DNA of 64,000 nucleotides, taken from contig NW_018408778.1 in the NCBI RefSeq assembly GCF_002113885.1, positions 259,037-323,036 on the forward strand. Direction: 5' to 3'. The DNA is from Mizuhopecten yessoensis. Taxonomy: Eukaryota. The translations under genes and the position numbers were made by a program. Under the pieces are notes generated by a model. The model was not told where the DNA came from and made no database searches. It was given only the letters and a program-made list of their open reading frames with translations. Positions within the stretch are counted from its first letter, which is position 1, and each line of letters starts with the position of its first letter. Positions 1-13,812 of this stretch are shown here, one piece after another.

Positions 1-333
1 GAAATGATGTCTTTAGACTACTGAAATGTTGTCCTTAAACTACTGAAATGTTGTACTTTGACTACAGAAATGGTGTACTTTGACTACTGAAATGATGTCT
101 TTAGACTACTGAAATGTTGTCCTTAAACTACTGAAATGTTGTACTTTGACTACTGAAATGATGTCTTTAGACTACTGAAATGTTGTCCTTAAACTACTGA
201 AATGATGTACTTTGACTACAGAAATGTTGTCCTTTGACTACTGAAATGGTGTCCTTAGACTACTGAAATGTTGTCCTTTGACTACTGAAATGTTGTCCTT
301 AGACTACTGAAATGATGTCTTTATACTACTGAA
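1..333. repeat. 22-bp minisatellite (CTACTGAAATGTTGTCCTTAGA-like), runs off the window start
   Basis: GAAATG recurs at 1, 23, 45 and onward; about 15 copies. Confidence 0.95.
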
Positions 334-1048
334 ATAAGATCTACCACCTTAATTACATCAGCCACTTGTGTACGTAGCTCTACAGAGATGATGAGGACAA
401 AAGGACTAAACTGAAATTGAAGATCTGAAGTGGAAGAACCAATGATAGTAACTAAAAAGAAAATGAGTAATAAAATGAAAGATAATTAATATGCTATAAA
501 CACAATGTCAATTATTACACCTTTAATTACCTACATGGCAATACCCCTTGTAAATAACTTTGGACTTAAATTGTCAGCTGCCATATATATACAGCAAAGT
601 AATTAAGACAACAGACTCTAGATCTGTTTAAGGCAGAATAAAATCTTTTCTTGATATATACTGAACTGTATGTTGTAATGATCTACTGACATGGACAAAG
701 GAGCAGACAGGAACAGTGAGTGATAGTTAATGGATCAGCATTAAGCTCCTTCTCAGAATATAGAGATTGAGTAAGACGTTTAATTTCTAAAACATCTTTG
801 TTCAGGGGTTCTATACTATTTATGATATATTAATGATGAAAAGTACATGAAAGCCACTTTATCGTTACAAGACACATTCACTGACCAGACATCAACACAG
901 AAAAGGTTATAATTTAATTTCCAAAATAGCAATTACAATGTATATACAAGTATTTATCACTTTTTATCAATAATGCAGGAAGGGTGCCCCAAATATCTAA
1001 ACAGTCATATGCATGCATTACAACACTTTAAATGAAACAGTATCGTAC

Positions 1049-1125
1049 CTCTGAGTTTGTCTCTTCTGTATAATGTCTAGTCGCTTCTTTCTCTCATGGA
1101 TTAATTATTTCAATGACCAAAGGAC
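1049..1125 (-). other. Probable non-coding (5' UTR) internal exon of an unidentified minus-strand gene
   Basis: Acceptor ttttcttttcag|GTCC and donor CAGAG|gtacga; stops in all three frames; contains short uORF MRERSD* (1097-1077). Confidence 0.55.
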
Positions 1126-2516
1126 CTGAAAAGAAAAATAAGAATATGCATATATTAATTCAATGCAAAAACTTATTAAAACATGGCTTGCACATTTATA
1201 ACTAGATACTCTATTGTGCTCTAAGATCCACTGTTGGCTGTACCAGTAACAGTATTACTTACACTGTGTTGTTCTACATACACATTTCACATACCACTCC
1301 ACCGGTGTTTATTTTGCTGTATATATGTATGTGTGTAGAAGATTTTTCACCAGCACAGAGATATGAGGGTAATGAGATTAAGTTGTACAGCTGGGGACAT
1401 CTCCACGCTGATCATTGACACACGAGATTCACTCTCACACGGTCACCATTCTTGTACCAGAAAGTTAAGTTCCTCTCACATATTGATTTTCTCTCTGAGA
1501 AGACAATCATTTCCAGAGAAAATATATGACAGGGGTTCCGTCAGGCATGCTAACAACAGTGAATGGAGTCTGACAATAGAAATTAGTTCATCAGTCTGCT
1601 GGTAGGCATTATTTTCTGTTGTAGATGTCCCCCTCCCCACTTAACATCCTTCTAACTATAAGTCTATAGTTCTTCCCACAAAAGATTAAATTGGTCAAGA
1701 TGAGCAATGTAACGATCAGGAGTTTAAACATCTAACAAACATATGTTCAAAAACGATCATGGAACAAACAACATTCAGGAAATTTTGAAAAGCAAAATAA
1801 AATCAATTGTTACACACGTTAAGGTTGTGTCTCTGTGACCTCTCATTACACAACTCAATTTGATGCTCGTTTTTTATTACACATAGTAATAATATCTTGT
1901 AGGTGAACAACATGACATGCACCATATATATGCCTGCCTATACAGAACAATGTTAGAATCTAGACCAGATATCAACATAAATAGATGCCACCCACACACT
2001 TCTAAGTTCCAGCAACTGTTTAATGAATAAGCTTGAATTAAGGACAAGTTCAGTTGCATATCATCTGAAGCATCTGCAAGGTTTCAGAGCTGCAAATTGA
2101 AGCTACAGCTTTAGGTAATGTTTAATGGTTTCTGAATTAGCAATGGGTTTTAAATACTCTCCTTGTTGCTAATTCAAGGTTTATGTTAACATATAGTAAT
2201 CAGAATTCAGTGTAAAACATATTTAAATGTTAAATGGGGGTTAACTTTTTTTTTGGGGGGGGGGGATTTTTTCTTCATATATTTGCTAATTGTAATGTAT
2301 AGTTAATTGCATATTTTATGTTCAGTCATTATTTGTATCTTTTGGAAAAAGTTTCATATCAATCCATTAAAATGACTTTTTTTATGTTCCAGGGGAAATT
2401 TTATCGTTTCTTTTATCATATATCTCTTCTTCTTGGCTTTGCCACATTGTTGAAGAACTAATACCATGAGTATAAATATGTTTCTCATCTTACTTTTTAT
2501 AAAATACTCATGTGTA

Positions 2517-3895
2517 AGAGTGTCTCATTGACCAGTGATATTACACATGTTGAAGTGTCTCATTAACCTGTCATTACACATGTAGAAGTGTCTCATTAAC
2601 CTGTCATTACACATGCAGGAGTGTCTCATTGACCTGTCATTACACATGTTGAAGTGTCTCATTGACCTGTCATTACACATGTAGAAGTATGTCTCATTGA
2701 CCTGTCATTACACATGTAGAAGTGTCTCATTAACCTGTCATTACACATGCAGGAGTGTCTCATTAACCTGTCATTACACATGTAGAAGTGTCTCATTGAC
2801 CTGTCATTACCCATGTAGAAGTGTCTCATTGCGCTGTCATTACACATGTATAAGTTTGTCTCATTGACCTGTCACTACACATGTAGAAGTGTGTCTCATT
2901 GACCTGTCATTAGACATGTAGAAGAGTGTCTCATTGACCTGTCATTACACATGTAGAAGAGTGTCTCATTGACCTGTCATAACACATGTAGAAGTGTCTC
3001 ATTGACCTGTCTTTACACATGTAGGAGTGTCTCATTAACCTGTCATTACACATGTAGAAGTGTGTCTCATTGACCTGTTGTTACACATGTAGAAGTGTGT
3101 CTCATTGACCTGTCATTACACATGTAGAAGTGTCTCATTGACCTGTCATTACACATGTAGAAGTGTCTCATTGACCTGTCATTACACATGTAGAAGTGTC
3201 TCATTGACCTGTCATTACACATGTAGAAGTGTCTCATTGACCTGTCATTACACATGTAGAAGTGTCTCATTGACCTGTCATTACACATGTAGAAGTGTCT
3301 CATTGACCTGTCATTACACATGTAGAAGTGTCTCATTGACCTGTCATTACACATGTAGGAGTGTCTCATTGACCTGTCATTACACATGTAGAAGTGTGTC
3401 TCATTGACCTGTCATTACACATGTAGAAGTGTCTCATTGACCTGTCATTACACATGCAGGAGTGTGTCTCATTGACCTGTCATTACACATGTACTGTAGA
3501 AGTTTGTCTCATTGAACTGTTGTTACACATGCAGGAGTGTGTCTCATTGACCTGTCATTACACATGCAGGAGTGTGTCTCATTGACCTGTCATTACACAT
3601 GTAGAAGTATGTCTCATTGACCTGTCATTACACACGTAGAAGTGTCTCATTGACCTGTCATTACACATGCAGGAGTGTGTCTCATTGACCTGTCATTACA
3701 CATGCAGGAGTGTGTCTCATTGACCTGTCATTACACATGTACTGTAGAAGTGTGTCTCATTGACCTGTCATTACACATGTAGAAGTGTCTCATTGACCCG
3801 TTGTTACACATGTAGGAGTGTCTCATTGACCTGTCATTACACATGAAGGAGTGTGTCTCATTGACCTGTCATTACACATGTAGAAGTGTGTCTCA
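2517..3895. repeat. 33/35-bp minisatellite (GTGTCTCATTGACCTGTCATTACACATGTAGAA)
   Basis: About 40 tandem copies; explains the 11-aa periodic ORFs at 2659-3407. Confidence 0.97.
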
Positions 3896-3944
3896 CTGAC
3901 TCATGATTCAATTTGTCCCCTATAGCATCACAACTGTATCCCTC

Positions 3945-4807
3945 TTTTTTATTTTACGAAAATTTGGGGAATTGAGTGGGCGGCACCTTGACGATACACA
4001 CCATCTAATCTGTCGCATGATACGGTGTATTGCGTAAGCTCCGCCCATTATGACAGGAGGGCTACTGTGCTGAGGTGTGATTGACGTTTCAGACCAACCA
4101 ATAATTTTTGGTGATTTCACAGTGCAGTGACAGTCGGCTTGTCCGCCTCGGTAGATTTTTCAATAAACTTATGTTAAGATAACATTTTATACAATGTATA
4201 CTAAACGGATACACTTATAATGATGTGTTAATTAATGTACCGGTCCTTTTCAATTATAATCTAGATTGTTTAAAGGGGAAATCTTGTAATCTAGTCAAAT
4301 TAACCGACACTTGCACATCGTAAATGTTGCCCAAATGTTTATCTCGTTACAAGGCAGTGCTACTTTATATTAAGCATACATTGGTAATTTTAAATAGATC
4401 TCGTGGAACTCGTTTCTTTTTAAATATCCACTACAAGACGGGTTTCCCCCCTAGTATGTGCTGGCATTTCTTTTCCGTTCGGGAAATTCAAGTAGCGCTT
4501 TCTGTTCGGTTTGCCGATTGTTACTGTGCATCTGTGGTACCGTAGACAGGAACAGCGGACACAGCAGACACAAACATGGCCCAAAGTTTGAATAAAACTT
4601 GAACTAGTAATATACTGTATTTTCTCTGTCCAGACTTAATCCCCATCACCCATGAACGCGGGATAGTCGCGGAGGGCTTATCAATGTAAAGCCGGCGGAT
4701 CTACCTTGAAATAGCCGGCGTTTCTTCCGCGATCATCCCGCGGCTACGAGCGACAGGGATTAAAATTTGTCACTCGGCGGGCGACTGAGTACCAAATCAC
4801 CTGACGC
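3945..4807. mobile_element. ~860-bp CpG-richer insert (probable TE fragment) flanked by a long direct duplication
   Basis: The array end plus ~50 bp of unique flank (ACTGACTCATGATTC...GTATCCCTC) occurs both before 3945 and at 4808-4978; internal TTAA-bounded hairpin at 4636-4763. Confidence 0.55.
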
Positions 4808-4978
4808 GTACTGTAGAAGTGTCTCATTGAACTGTTGTTACACATGCAGGAGTGTCTCATTGACCTGTCATTACACATGTAGAAGTGTGTCTCATTGACC
4901 TGTTGTTACACATGTAGAAGTATGTCTCACTGACTCATGATTCAATTTGTCCCCTATAGCATCACAACTGTATCCCTC
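4808..4978. repeat. Duplicated end of the 33-bp array plus unique flank
   Basis: Closely similar to ~3740-3944. Confidence 0.9.
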
Positions 4979-5577
4979 ATCCACACATTTCCATGTTCTT
5001 TTTAACACATAATGATATTAACATAAATACAGACGGTTAGGTACCTCAAAATAATAATTCCCAACATCATGACTGACGTTTCAAAGGAAATTTCTCAGCA
5101 TCAAGATTAAAATCCATGACTGTGTTAGCACATCCTCCATTACCACGATCACAAACACCTGTATGTACCTGGATATTATCAGACAACAGACACTGTATTG
5201 GTGTGGTGTAAATCTACATTCTCCCCCTGATATCAAGTCAACAGAATAATCCCATTCCCTTTGTGTTACACCAACTTAAGATTTGTCTGGAGATAGTGAT
5301 AGACAAATGAAAACCAACTGATTACCTCACATGAAAGGAGGTAAACATTCAATCTCTTACAAAAACAAATTTCACATGATAGTAAAAACATAAAAAATAT
5401 ATTTTTGCATATTCATTAAATCTGGAATGGAGGAAAATTTGCATGTATTTAATGCAAACTTGTTAAGTTGTAATTTTGTTCTTTTACATATCTTGCCACC
5501 AAATTAAACTTGAAAATTGTAATATTGAGCTTTCTATTTCATGAGATTTATATTTTTATTTCATAGATTTATAAAAC

Positions 5578-6623
5578 AAACAAGAGTATCAGTGGAACTG
5601 ATGTATGCTCCCCGAAAACAACTTTATAGGAGGCTTTTCCTGTTTGTGAATTTTGCATTTGGTTAGATTTATGTCACATATTGGTAAAAATATAATGAAA
5701 TGGAGAGTTTGGGAGAAGAAAAATAATGTTTTAACACATTACATACATGTAATGTGTCCGACACATAACATATGCTTCAGCTATGAAATATGAAGGCATA
5801 TTTTACTGATAATTAATGTATTCTACTATATGCCAGCTATAAATAAGTACTGATAGTTAGTTATGTGTCTATGAATATTTTGGTATTGTAAATTTTGTGG
5901 GAGATAGTCAGAATTCAAAGATAGGCTTTTTTAAATTTCATTTCATGAAAGGGTAAGAAAGCAGACAGACAAAAAGAAATTCTCATTTATTTTAATTCTT
6001 TATATATACAACTGAAAGAAATCCGATGATTTTTGAAACTTCCCTTTATAAAGTAAACAAATGAGGATAAAAGGCATAAGGAATAAATACAAACCATGTT
6101 AGAGTTTCCACACAGTTAGCGACAATGAGACTGATTATTAAGTTGCCCAAACAAACTTTATAAGTTTGGAAGACTTATTGTTTTTGCCCCGTTTCTTATT
6201 ATTGTAATTCTTCCTCTTCTTCTTCTGGTTCTTGTTCTTAACACAATCTTGTCCTACTGCTTTCTGGAAAACTGGTTCTCTGAATTTAATGAGACTTAAC
6301 ATGATTATCGCTGAGCATGAGCAAATGAATAATTCCACTGGGGTTTTTTTCTGAAAATGTATCACGTGACCAAATGGTGCAGGCAAAGTTATGCTACGGA
6401 CACAACATTTTAGGAATAACTCTGTAATTAAGGGGTTGTGGGCCCTGAATTTGGTACATGTACAGTGCACATCGCCTTAGTATGACTGATGTATATGTAT
6501 ACACACCAAGTTTCATGATCCTACCTTAAATGTAGGTAAAGTTATGCTCTGGACACGAAAAGGACTGACCGACTGACAAAGACGCAAATATATGCTCCCT
6601 CGAAAATTTTCGGGGAGCATAAT
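5578..6623. mobile_element. Non-autonomous Helentron/HINE-like element, with an opposite-orientation HINE fragment inside (~6158-6380)
   Basis: Starts AACAAGAG; TATGCTCCCCGAAAA is inverted to the terminal hairpin TATGCTCCCTCGAAAATTTTCGGGGAGCATA; GACT/GACC microsatellite precedes the hairpin; A-rich flanks. Confidence 0.7.
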
Positions 6624-9600
6624 AAATTTCAACAAGGCTTAGCCTATCTTTTTAAACGAAAAGCTTGGAGAGTTTCTGTCAGAACAACAATTCATAAGAA
6701 TGTTATCAATGCAGGTATTGGATAAAAAATGCATCTAAATTAAGCTTCCTGAATTCTTTAGATGTTGGTAAACTAGCTAAAGGTCACTCTATCTCTATTA
6801 CAAAATATAATTATAGATTTTTTTTTTTTAGTTATAATGACTATGAAACTGTACAACACTTCAACATCTTTGTTTTCTCAAATGTTGATTTTCACAAATT
6901 CACAAATACGCAAAAGACATCTTAAAGTGTTTCTGTAGTACAATGGCATGATATGAATGATAATCATTACCATGCTCAGAGCGAGGTCAGAAAGAGGTCA
7001 AAGGTCATGAGAACTGTACCAGATAACACTGTTGTCTCCATTTCATGGGCTAGTACACCAGTACAAACAAGATAACACCTTGTGTCAGCCTATATGTAAG
7101 TTGTACACCAGGCTACCATAATTATAAACATGGCAATGCTTCCTACATGCATTTTAACTACATCTGCCTACCTGGTATGTCCAAGTGTGTACTAGACATG
7201 TACAGAGGAAGGAATCACATCATACATATATATACAATCTGTCCATCATTCGTTTTAAAAAGAAATCTTTGTATTTTAAATTCACGTTTTCATAAAAGTA
7301 TGAAAAATGGAAAGGTTGACAAATTTGCATTACAAAATCTATTAATTGTGTGGTACTTTTGTCTAATTTTCTGATATAAGATTAGCTAGTGTTGATTATT
7401 CCAATCATGATCTGCAGTTTGTCCCACACTGACTTTCATATATCATCTGTTAACCTTCCTAACTATCCGTGTAAACCACTTGTGTTATTTTGTTCTATGC
7501 TTTACTTTACTCTGCAGTAGCTAGGTAAAATATGTGAGCTCAAGCTGAAGCTACCCACATCATCTCCATGTCTGGAGGTCAGAAGGTTGCGGGGCCCCTA
7601 CCCCGGCCACCTTAAAGGTAGGGGAAGGCCATAATGCTTGCTGTTTAGTTGCATTCCGCTTCCGCTGTTTTCATCGTTACATTTTCAATATCACTAATTA
7701 TAATATGACGGTTAATGGTTATCACTGACAACATACATTAAGTTGATAACTTAAAGATGCAAATAGGTCAGTTTGACCTGTTTTGTACAGCCCTGACCCT
7801 TCGTCATACCCACCACCACCCTGACACAACCAGGACCCCACACTAACTTCCTAGTGAGGAAAGGAATCCAATACCTATACCACTACAGCCCCAAACCTTA
7901 TGTTATTTTAATTGAACACATGTATGAATGTAGATTTTTTTTAAACTGTCCTCTTGAGCTGCAGATCTTATTAAGAATTATAGCTTCTACATGTATAACG
8001 AATTTGTTATCCAAGTCAACCTATTTGTCTGCTGACATTCACCATGGCCAGTATTTTACCATTGATGTGGTGTAACTATATACACCATCTAAACTGTGTA
8101 CTGGAGGTACCTGGCTCATATACACCTGATACACACACTCCTGAGTTAAACAGAACCAATGGACTACTACACAGCAGTAGCTATAGGTATACACAAAGTA
8201 GGTAAACAGAAATGTCTTTAATAGAGGTGGACCCTGTCCTCCTGGACTAAATGTGTTCTAACACAAGCCATGCAAACGCTATACTACAACAATGTGTTAA
8301 CATATTCTCAGTAGTTAAATGTTTACAGTAATTACTACAGCAACAAAACACAGAGCCTATAACATAATACAGTACCTACATACATCAGTATATTTACATA
8401 TATTACTGAAATTGACGATAAACATTTAAAAGCTATTGTAGGAAAACTTTTAAACAAAAACAGCAAGATCACTAGCATCATCCCCTCTGCTCTGTCAAAG
8501 TAAATGTGGCTTCATTATACAATAAAACTACAAACTACCTGTACTTGTGTGTAAACTGACAAACCACATCAATCATATCTTCAATATTAATGAACACGTT
8601 GTAGGCCTGAATCATGTGTACCAGGAAGACAATGAGATATATACTACTAAGCCAGTCCAGGTGTAACATATAGCAGGGTGTCACCATGACTCCTTCATTG
8701 CAGTATATATTTTTTTCATGACAAATGACACATTGTTTTTACCTGTATAAGAAAAGCAAACTATATAGAGACTAGTCTTATCAGAAAATACTAACGTGAC
8801 ATTGCATCGTAAATGTTAACAGTTACATGATGGAAAAAAATGAAAAGTGATAATACAAATTGCAGCGCTACATGTACATTATACAGAAGTGATAAAAAGG
8901 TACAATAATTTACTTGGAGTGAAACTATTAGATTATAGATGATGAAAGTTTGTAATGCCAGAATGATCATCATAGTATAGTCACCTATAGGAATATATAT
9001 AACACAAATGGGTGGTGTAAGATAATACATGTTCTGTGACCCCAAACAACTGACCTTTGAACTGCCACCGAGCTTACAAACTAGGACACCACATCAGTAT
9101 GTGGGTATATAGTAGATCAACAGATCAGGATGTCTATTACCTATGATACCATCATCCCCACTCAACACACTTGTGAAGGTATACACTGAAATGTTGTATT
9201 ACATCCTGCTGCATCAGTCCACTGCACTCATAAACATGTGACATGTGTAACTAATTTTATCAAAACATACTGTTCTCCCCTACAACTGAGGCTAATCTTT
9301 GGAAGTAGCCTCCAATACGTGTACATGTAGGAGAATGTGTGCATCTCCAATTCAGTTCCTACAGACTTCGTGCATGGCGGTTGTGCTCGGGATTATCTTT
9401 GGCTTGGGGATTCTGCTTAGATAACAACATTATTTGGATTGGTTTTTTTAAATTACAATATTGTTGTTTGGATACTTAGCATTGTAGATTATGTGCACAT
9501 CTTTTAAGTACCTAACATTACATTTTATACATTTACAAGTTCCATGTATTAATATTGCATCTTTTTAAAATTGTAACACATTTTTATTATGATATCAATG

Positions 9601-11367
9601 CCTTGTATATGTTAAGAGTAATTATATAAATATACTGAAGTAACTGTTTCACTGATGAAAAAACCCAACAAAACTGTAATTCCACAAATAGATGTACTTA
9701 TGGAGCATTATTATGGATTTCTTAGTAAACAAATTAAGCACTGATTACAAGTTCTTGTTTTCTTCAATTAAAAACATCTGTCTTTACAATAAACTACCAG
9801 TGTTTTGTTTCATGGACATCAACATTGACTAGGAAGAAGGTTTAACACCCATGTCTGAAATTAAGTCTGTCCTTCAGCCAATAACTGTAAACACATACCT
9901 GTGTTACAACACAGCCCCACACAACTCAGACAACATGTGATAGGCACAATGTATTTACTTAGCCACTGACTGCCAGCATACTGAAGATCAACAACCTATT
10001 TCTGCCTTCTCACAATAACACAGACTCTGACATCACAGCTGGCATGTCTAGAATATCAGAACTAAAATGGTTTCTGATTCACACAAAGCCAGTGTTTAGC
10101 ACACAAAGTGGTTGTAAAAGGCACAACTAAACAACTACTGAGCTAGCTATTGGAGATCTTCTGATAAAATATTCGTGTTGTTGCTATCAGCCGGACTGCA
10201 GGGCATGTACCACCAATAGAGGCCTCCTTTGTGCTCACGATTTTCTGTAGACAGATATCTTCAATTCTACACTAATCACCTGTCAATTTACAGAGTGACC
10301 AATGGTCAAATTATTACCTAGTTGTAATGATTTACCTGTTTTGTGATGCCTTATCCTTGATGCAAACCGGGAGCCCACCAATCTTCCTCAAATATGGTAT
10401 GCTTGTATGCACATGTGTATGTGTGTGTGTCGACCAGTGCTTGTGTTTACAACTACAATCTAAGGTGGGATAACTCTTACAGATCTAAAACCTTTTCCAT
10501 ACAATGTTCCCAGGCTAATGTCTACAATTATAGCAAATCTTCTTATAGATATGTCAATATTTTCTAGTTCATGATCTATTATAAAATATAATAAAATGTT
10601 TATCTTTTGTTTTTTAATTACTTTAACTATTAATGGGTGAATAGTGCATAGGGAAAGGGCTTAGTAAAAGTTGTATAACTTGTCCCCAACTCAAATTGTA
10701 CATAAATCACAATAAAATATGTTTAAAATCAAAAATAATATTGGAGTCAAGTTTTGGTGTAAAGCTGTTCCTAAACGTATATCACAATCAACAATATAAC
10801 TATATAAATCATCCTTATAAAAAATCAATCAACTCCAACTACGGTACACAAAAAATAAAACTGTCTTGATATTCATTCTGGATTACAATAACGGTTACAA
10901 ATCAAATCAGATTTAAAAGGGGTGTGGTTAATTTCTTTCTTTTTTTATTTTAAGTTTAAACAATATTTATATTTTTTTAAAACAATACACACTTTAAGTC
11001 CATTTGTTGATATTATCAGATTTTACACTGTAGAGTCTCTCATCTGTCCATGATGCCATCTCACCTTGGTTTACCAGACAAAGCACATCTATATATATTG
11101 TACAGTACCGATAGTAACATCGTTTTTAGCACCAGATCCAACTGAAATATGCGATTCACAAAGATTGCAGAATGGAGCGTTTGGTCCATGACCGCCAGAC
11201 TTTATCCACTATAACTCATTTTCCTACGACATTTGATATGTGCACAATTATCTTTTCTTTTAGCATTTTGTGTAGTAGAACCAGCAAGTCCCGATAACAA
11301 GTTCTTCCTTTAAGAAGACATAACGTTACCTTCAAAATACGAAATATACTACGTAAACACAATTTTT

Positions 11368-12834
11368 ACAAGAGGTCCATTGGACCTGTATCACTCACCT
11401 GGTTATATATTTAAGTCATTACAAATGAATACATTAGTACATCTTTATATGAAAATTCCTTAAAACTAGACAAGATCTATGTTCTAACCCAACTGGGACC
11501 ACAATATCTGAATTTCAACTAATCAGGGGCCTCCATTGAGTTGCCATGTTAACAGATTTTGAAATAAGTAATATGTCATATTACAGGGTGTAATTCCACA
11601 ATACTTTAATTTTCATTCAACTATAAGCTTTTATAAACCTAAAAACCAATTTTTAACAATTTATGAAAACTACACCACAGAATATGATAATCTAGCTGTA
11701 CCATTTCTTAGGACCGCAGGTCCAATCAGCCTCATTCAATTAAGAAATGTTCGTTCTTCCTCAATAATGTTTTTTTACCAAATTTTGTACAATCCACTCA
11801 GGCAATTAGGGGGTATTAGCGTCTTAAAGCAAAATATTAGATAGTTTTCCTGTTTGGGGCCCTGTCTTTCTAGCCCCAGGTGTCGAACAAGTCTCATTTA
11901 TTTAGGAAGTTTCCGAGCAAACTTGGTTGAAATCTTCTCTGGCGTTTAGGAGAAGATGCGTTTTAAAGCAAATATAGCTAAGTTCCCCTTCAGGGCCCCG
12001 CCTCCCTGGCCTCAGGGGTTGAACCAACCTCACTTATTTAAGAAATGATTGCCCTCCCCTAGTGATACTTCAGAGTAAATTTGGTTGAAATCCTCCCTGG
12101 CGTTAAGTAGGAGATGCTTTTTAAAGCAAATTTAGCTAAGTTCCCCTTCAGATGCCCCCCTTGGCCTCAGGGGTGGAACCAACCTCACTTATTTAAGAAA
12201 TGATTGCCCTCCCCTAGTGATACTTCAGACTAAAATTGGTTGAAATCCTATCTGGCCTTAAGTAGGAGATGCATTTTAAAGCAAATTTAGCTAAGTTCCC
12301 CTTCAGATGCCCCCCTTGGCCTCAGGGGTGGAACCAACCTCAGTTATTTAAGAAATGATTGCCCTCCCCTAGTGATACTTCAGAATAAATTTGGTTGAAA
12401 TCCTCTCTGGCCTTAAGTAGGCGATGCGTTTTAAAGCAAAATTAGCTAAGTTCCCCTTCAGAGCCCCGCCCCCCTGGCCCCAGGGGTCGAACCAACCTCA
12501 TTTATTTAAGAAATGATTGCCCTCCCCTAGTGATACTTCAGACTAAATTTGGTTGAAATCCTCTCTGGCCTTAAGTAGGAGATGCGTTTTAAAGCAAAAT
12601 TAGCTAAGTTCCCCTTCAGAGCCCCGCCCCCCTGGCCCCAGGGGTCGAACCAACCTCATTTATTTAAGAAATGATTGCCCTCCCCTAGTGATGCTTAAGG
12701 CTTAATCTGTTTGAAATCCTCTTTGGTGTTTAGGAGGAGATAGGTTTTAAAGAAAAAGTTGACAATGGATGACGGACAACGACGACGGACGACGCGCCAC
12801 GGCATAAGCTCACTTGCCCTTTGGGCAGGTGAGC
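11368..12834. mobile_element. Non-autonomous Helentron/HINE-like element carrying a central satellite array
   Basis: Starts ACAAGAGGTCCATTGGACCT with sub-terminal CTCACCTG; ends with GACG microsatellite and hairpin GCTCACTTGCCC-TTTGGGC-AGGTGAGC followed by poly-A; same architecture as bivalve HINE/pearl-type elements. Confidence 0.85.
11820..12750. repeat. 155-158-bp satellite monomers (about 6) inside the HINE
   Basis: AAAGCAAA anchors at 11965, 12123, 12278, 12433 and 12591. Confidence 0.95.
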
Positions 12835-13812
12835 AAAAAACAACTCAATTATATGTTAAAACACCTCATTAATTACTTGTCGGTAAGTTCAGTAACAACG
12901 GTCTTTATATAAACATTTGTAAAAACAGTTCTAGTGTGACTAGTACGTATATAAACAACTCACAACTAATATGTTGGTGAGAAACGGAAACAGGAAATAG
13001 ATCGTCTTTCTTATGACAAAGGATGGAAAAGTGTAGAGAATACTGAGGGACTTTCCAATATAGGAAAATATTTCGGGCGAAAACGGGCGAAATCCGGGTC
13101 AAAATCGTAACCCGGCGGGTGAAGTTATCAAAGCAGGTGAAGGGCTAAAATCCTGGGTGTAACCCGACGAAATCGGGTCATTTCTAGTAAAGATGCCAAT
13201 ATATACAGACAAATTAATCAAGCTCTGTAACATTGCCTATGTCTGAGCAATCACTACTTGTGATCATATACTTCTTGTACCAGTAAAATATACAGGGGAT
13301 ATATACAAAGCAGTATCAATTTAACAGCAAAATAACTACGTATCGAACAATTAAACACCTAATACTAATCTAACTGAGCGCTCCTACTACTGACTGCATG
13401 CTCAGAACATGTAAATATACACACGCGGCCAATCGCTCACTGATCTCTCACTGCCCGCTACAGCAACACACATACAGGTCTCTACCGGTACTGATGATAG
13501 CTCATCACAGTGGCTAGAGATAGCTTAGTACGGCCGATTTATCACTATGACCACTGCTCGGCACCACTACCTGTACCTAAACTGTACAATTTGTAGAACT
13601 TGATCCCCTCGCTAACCTTGATTCTCCTTTTAAGTGGCAACCTGTCTGCTCTCTTGGTTTATTCCGATCAGTCCCGAAATTAAAATATGAACAACTAAGG
13701 ATCATCAGGAACTTGCATGTATTATTTGAAATATCTCTTTTCGGTACGAATTTGGCCGCCTCACATACCCATATGCCCTACTTGTCACCAAGAGATTGTC
13801 CGCATCAACTTA

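Noticed and set aside
2659-3407. Periodic ORFs (MCNDRSMRHFY)n, and similar ones at 22895-23962, 32255-33361, 36655-37223 and 61039-62082
   Set aside because: By-products of minisatellites; open on several frames or strands, with no splice or homology support
13485-13535. Hammerhead-ribozyme-like CTGATGA-TAGC..GCTA-GAGA
   Set aside because: The required GAAA is GAGA and stems I and III are poor; a similar partial match near 50220-50248 (minus) lacks stem I
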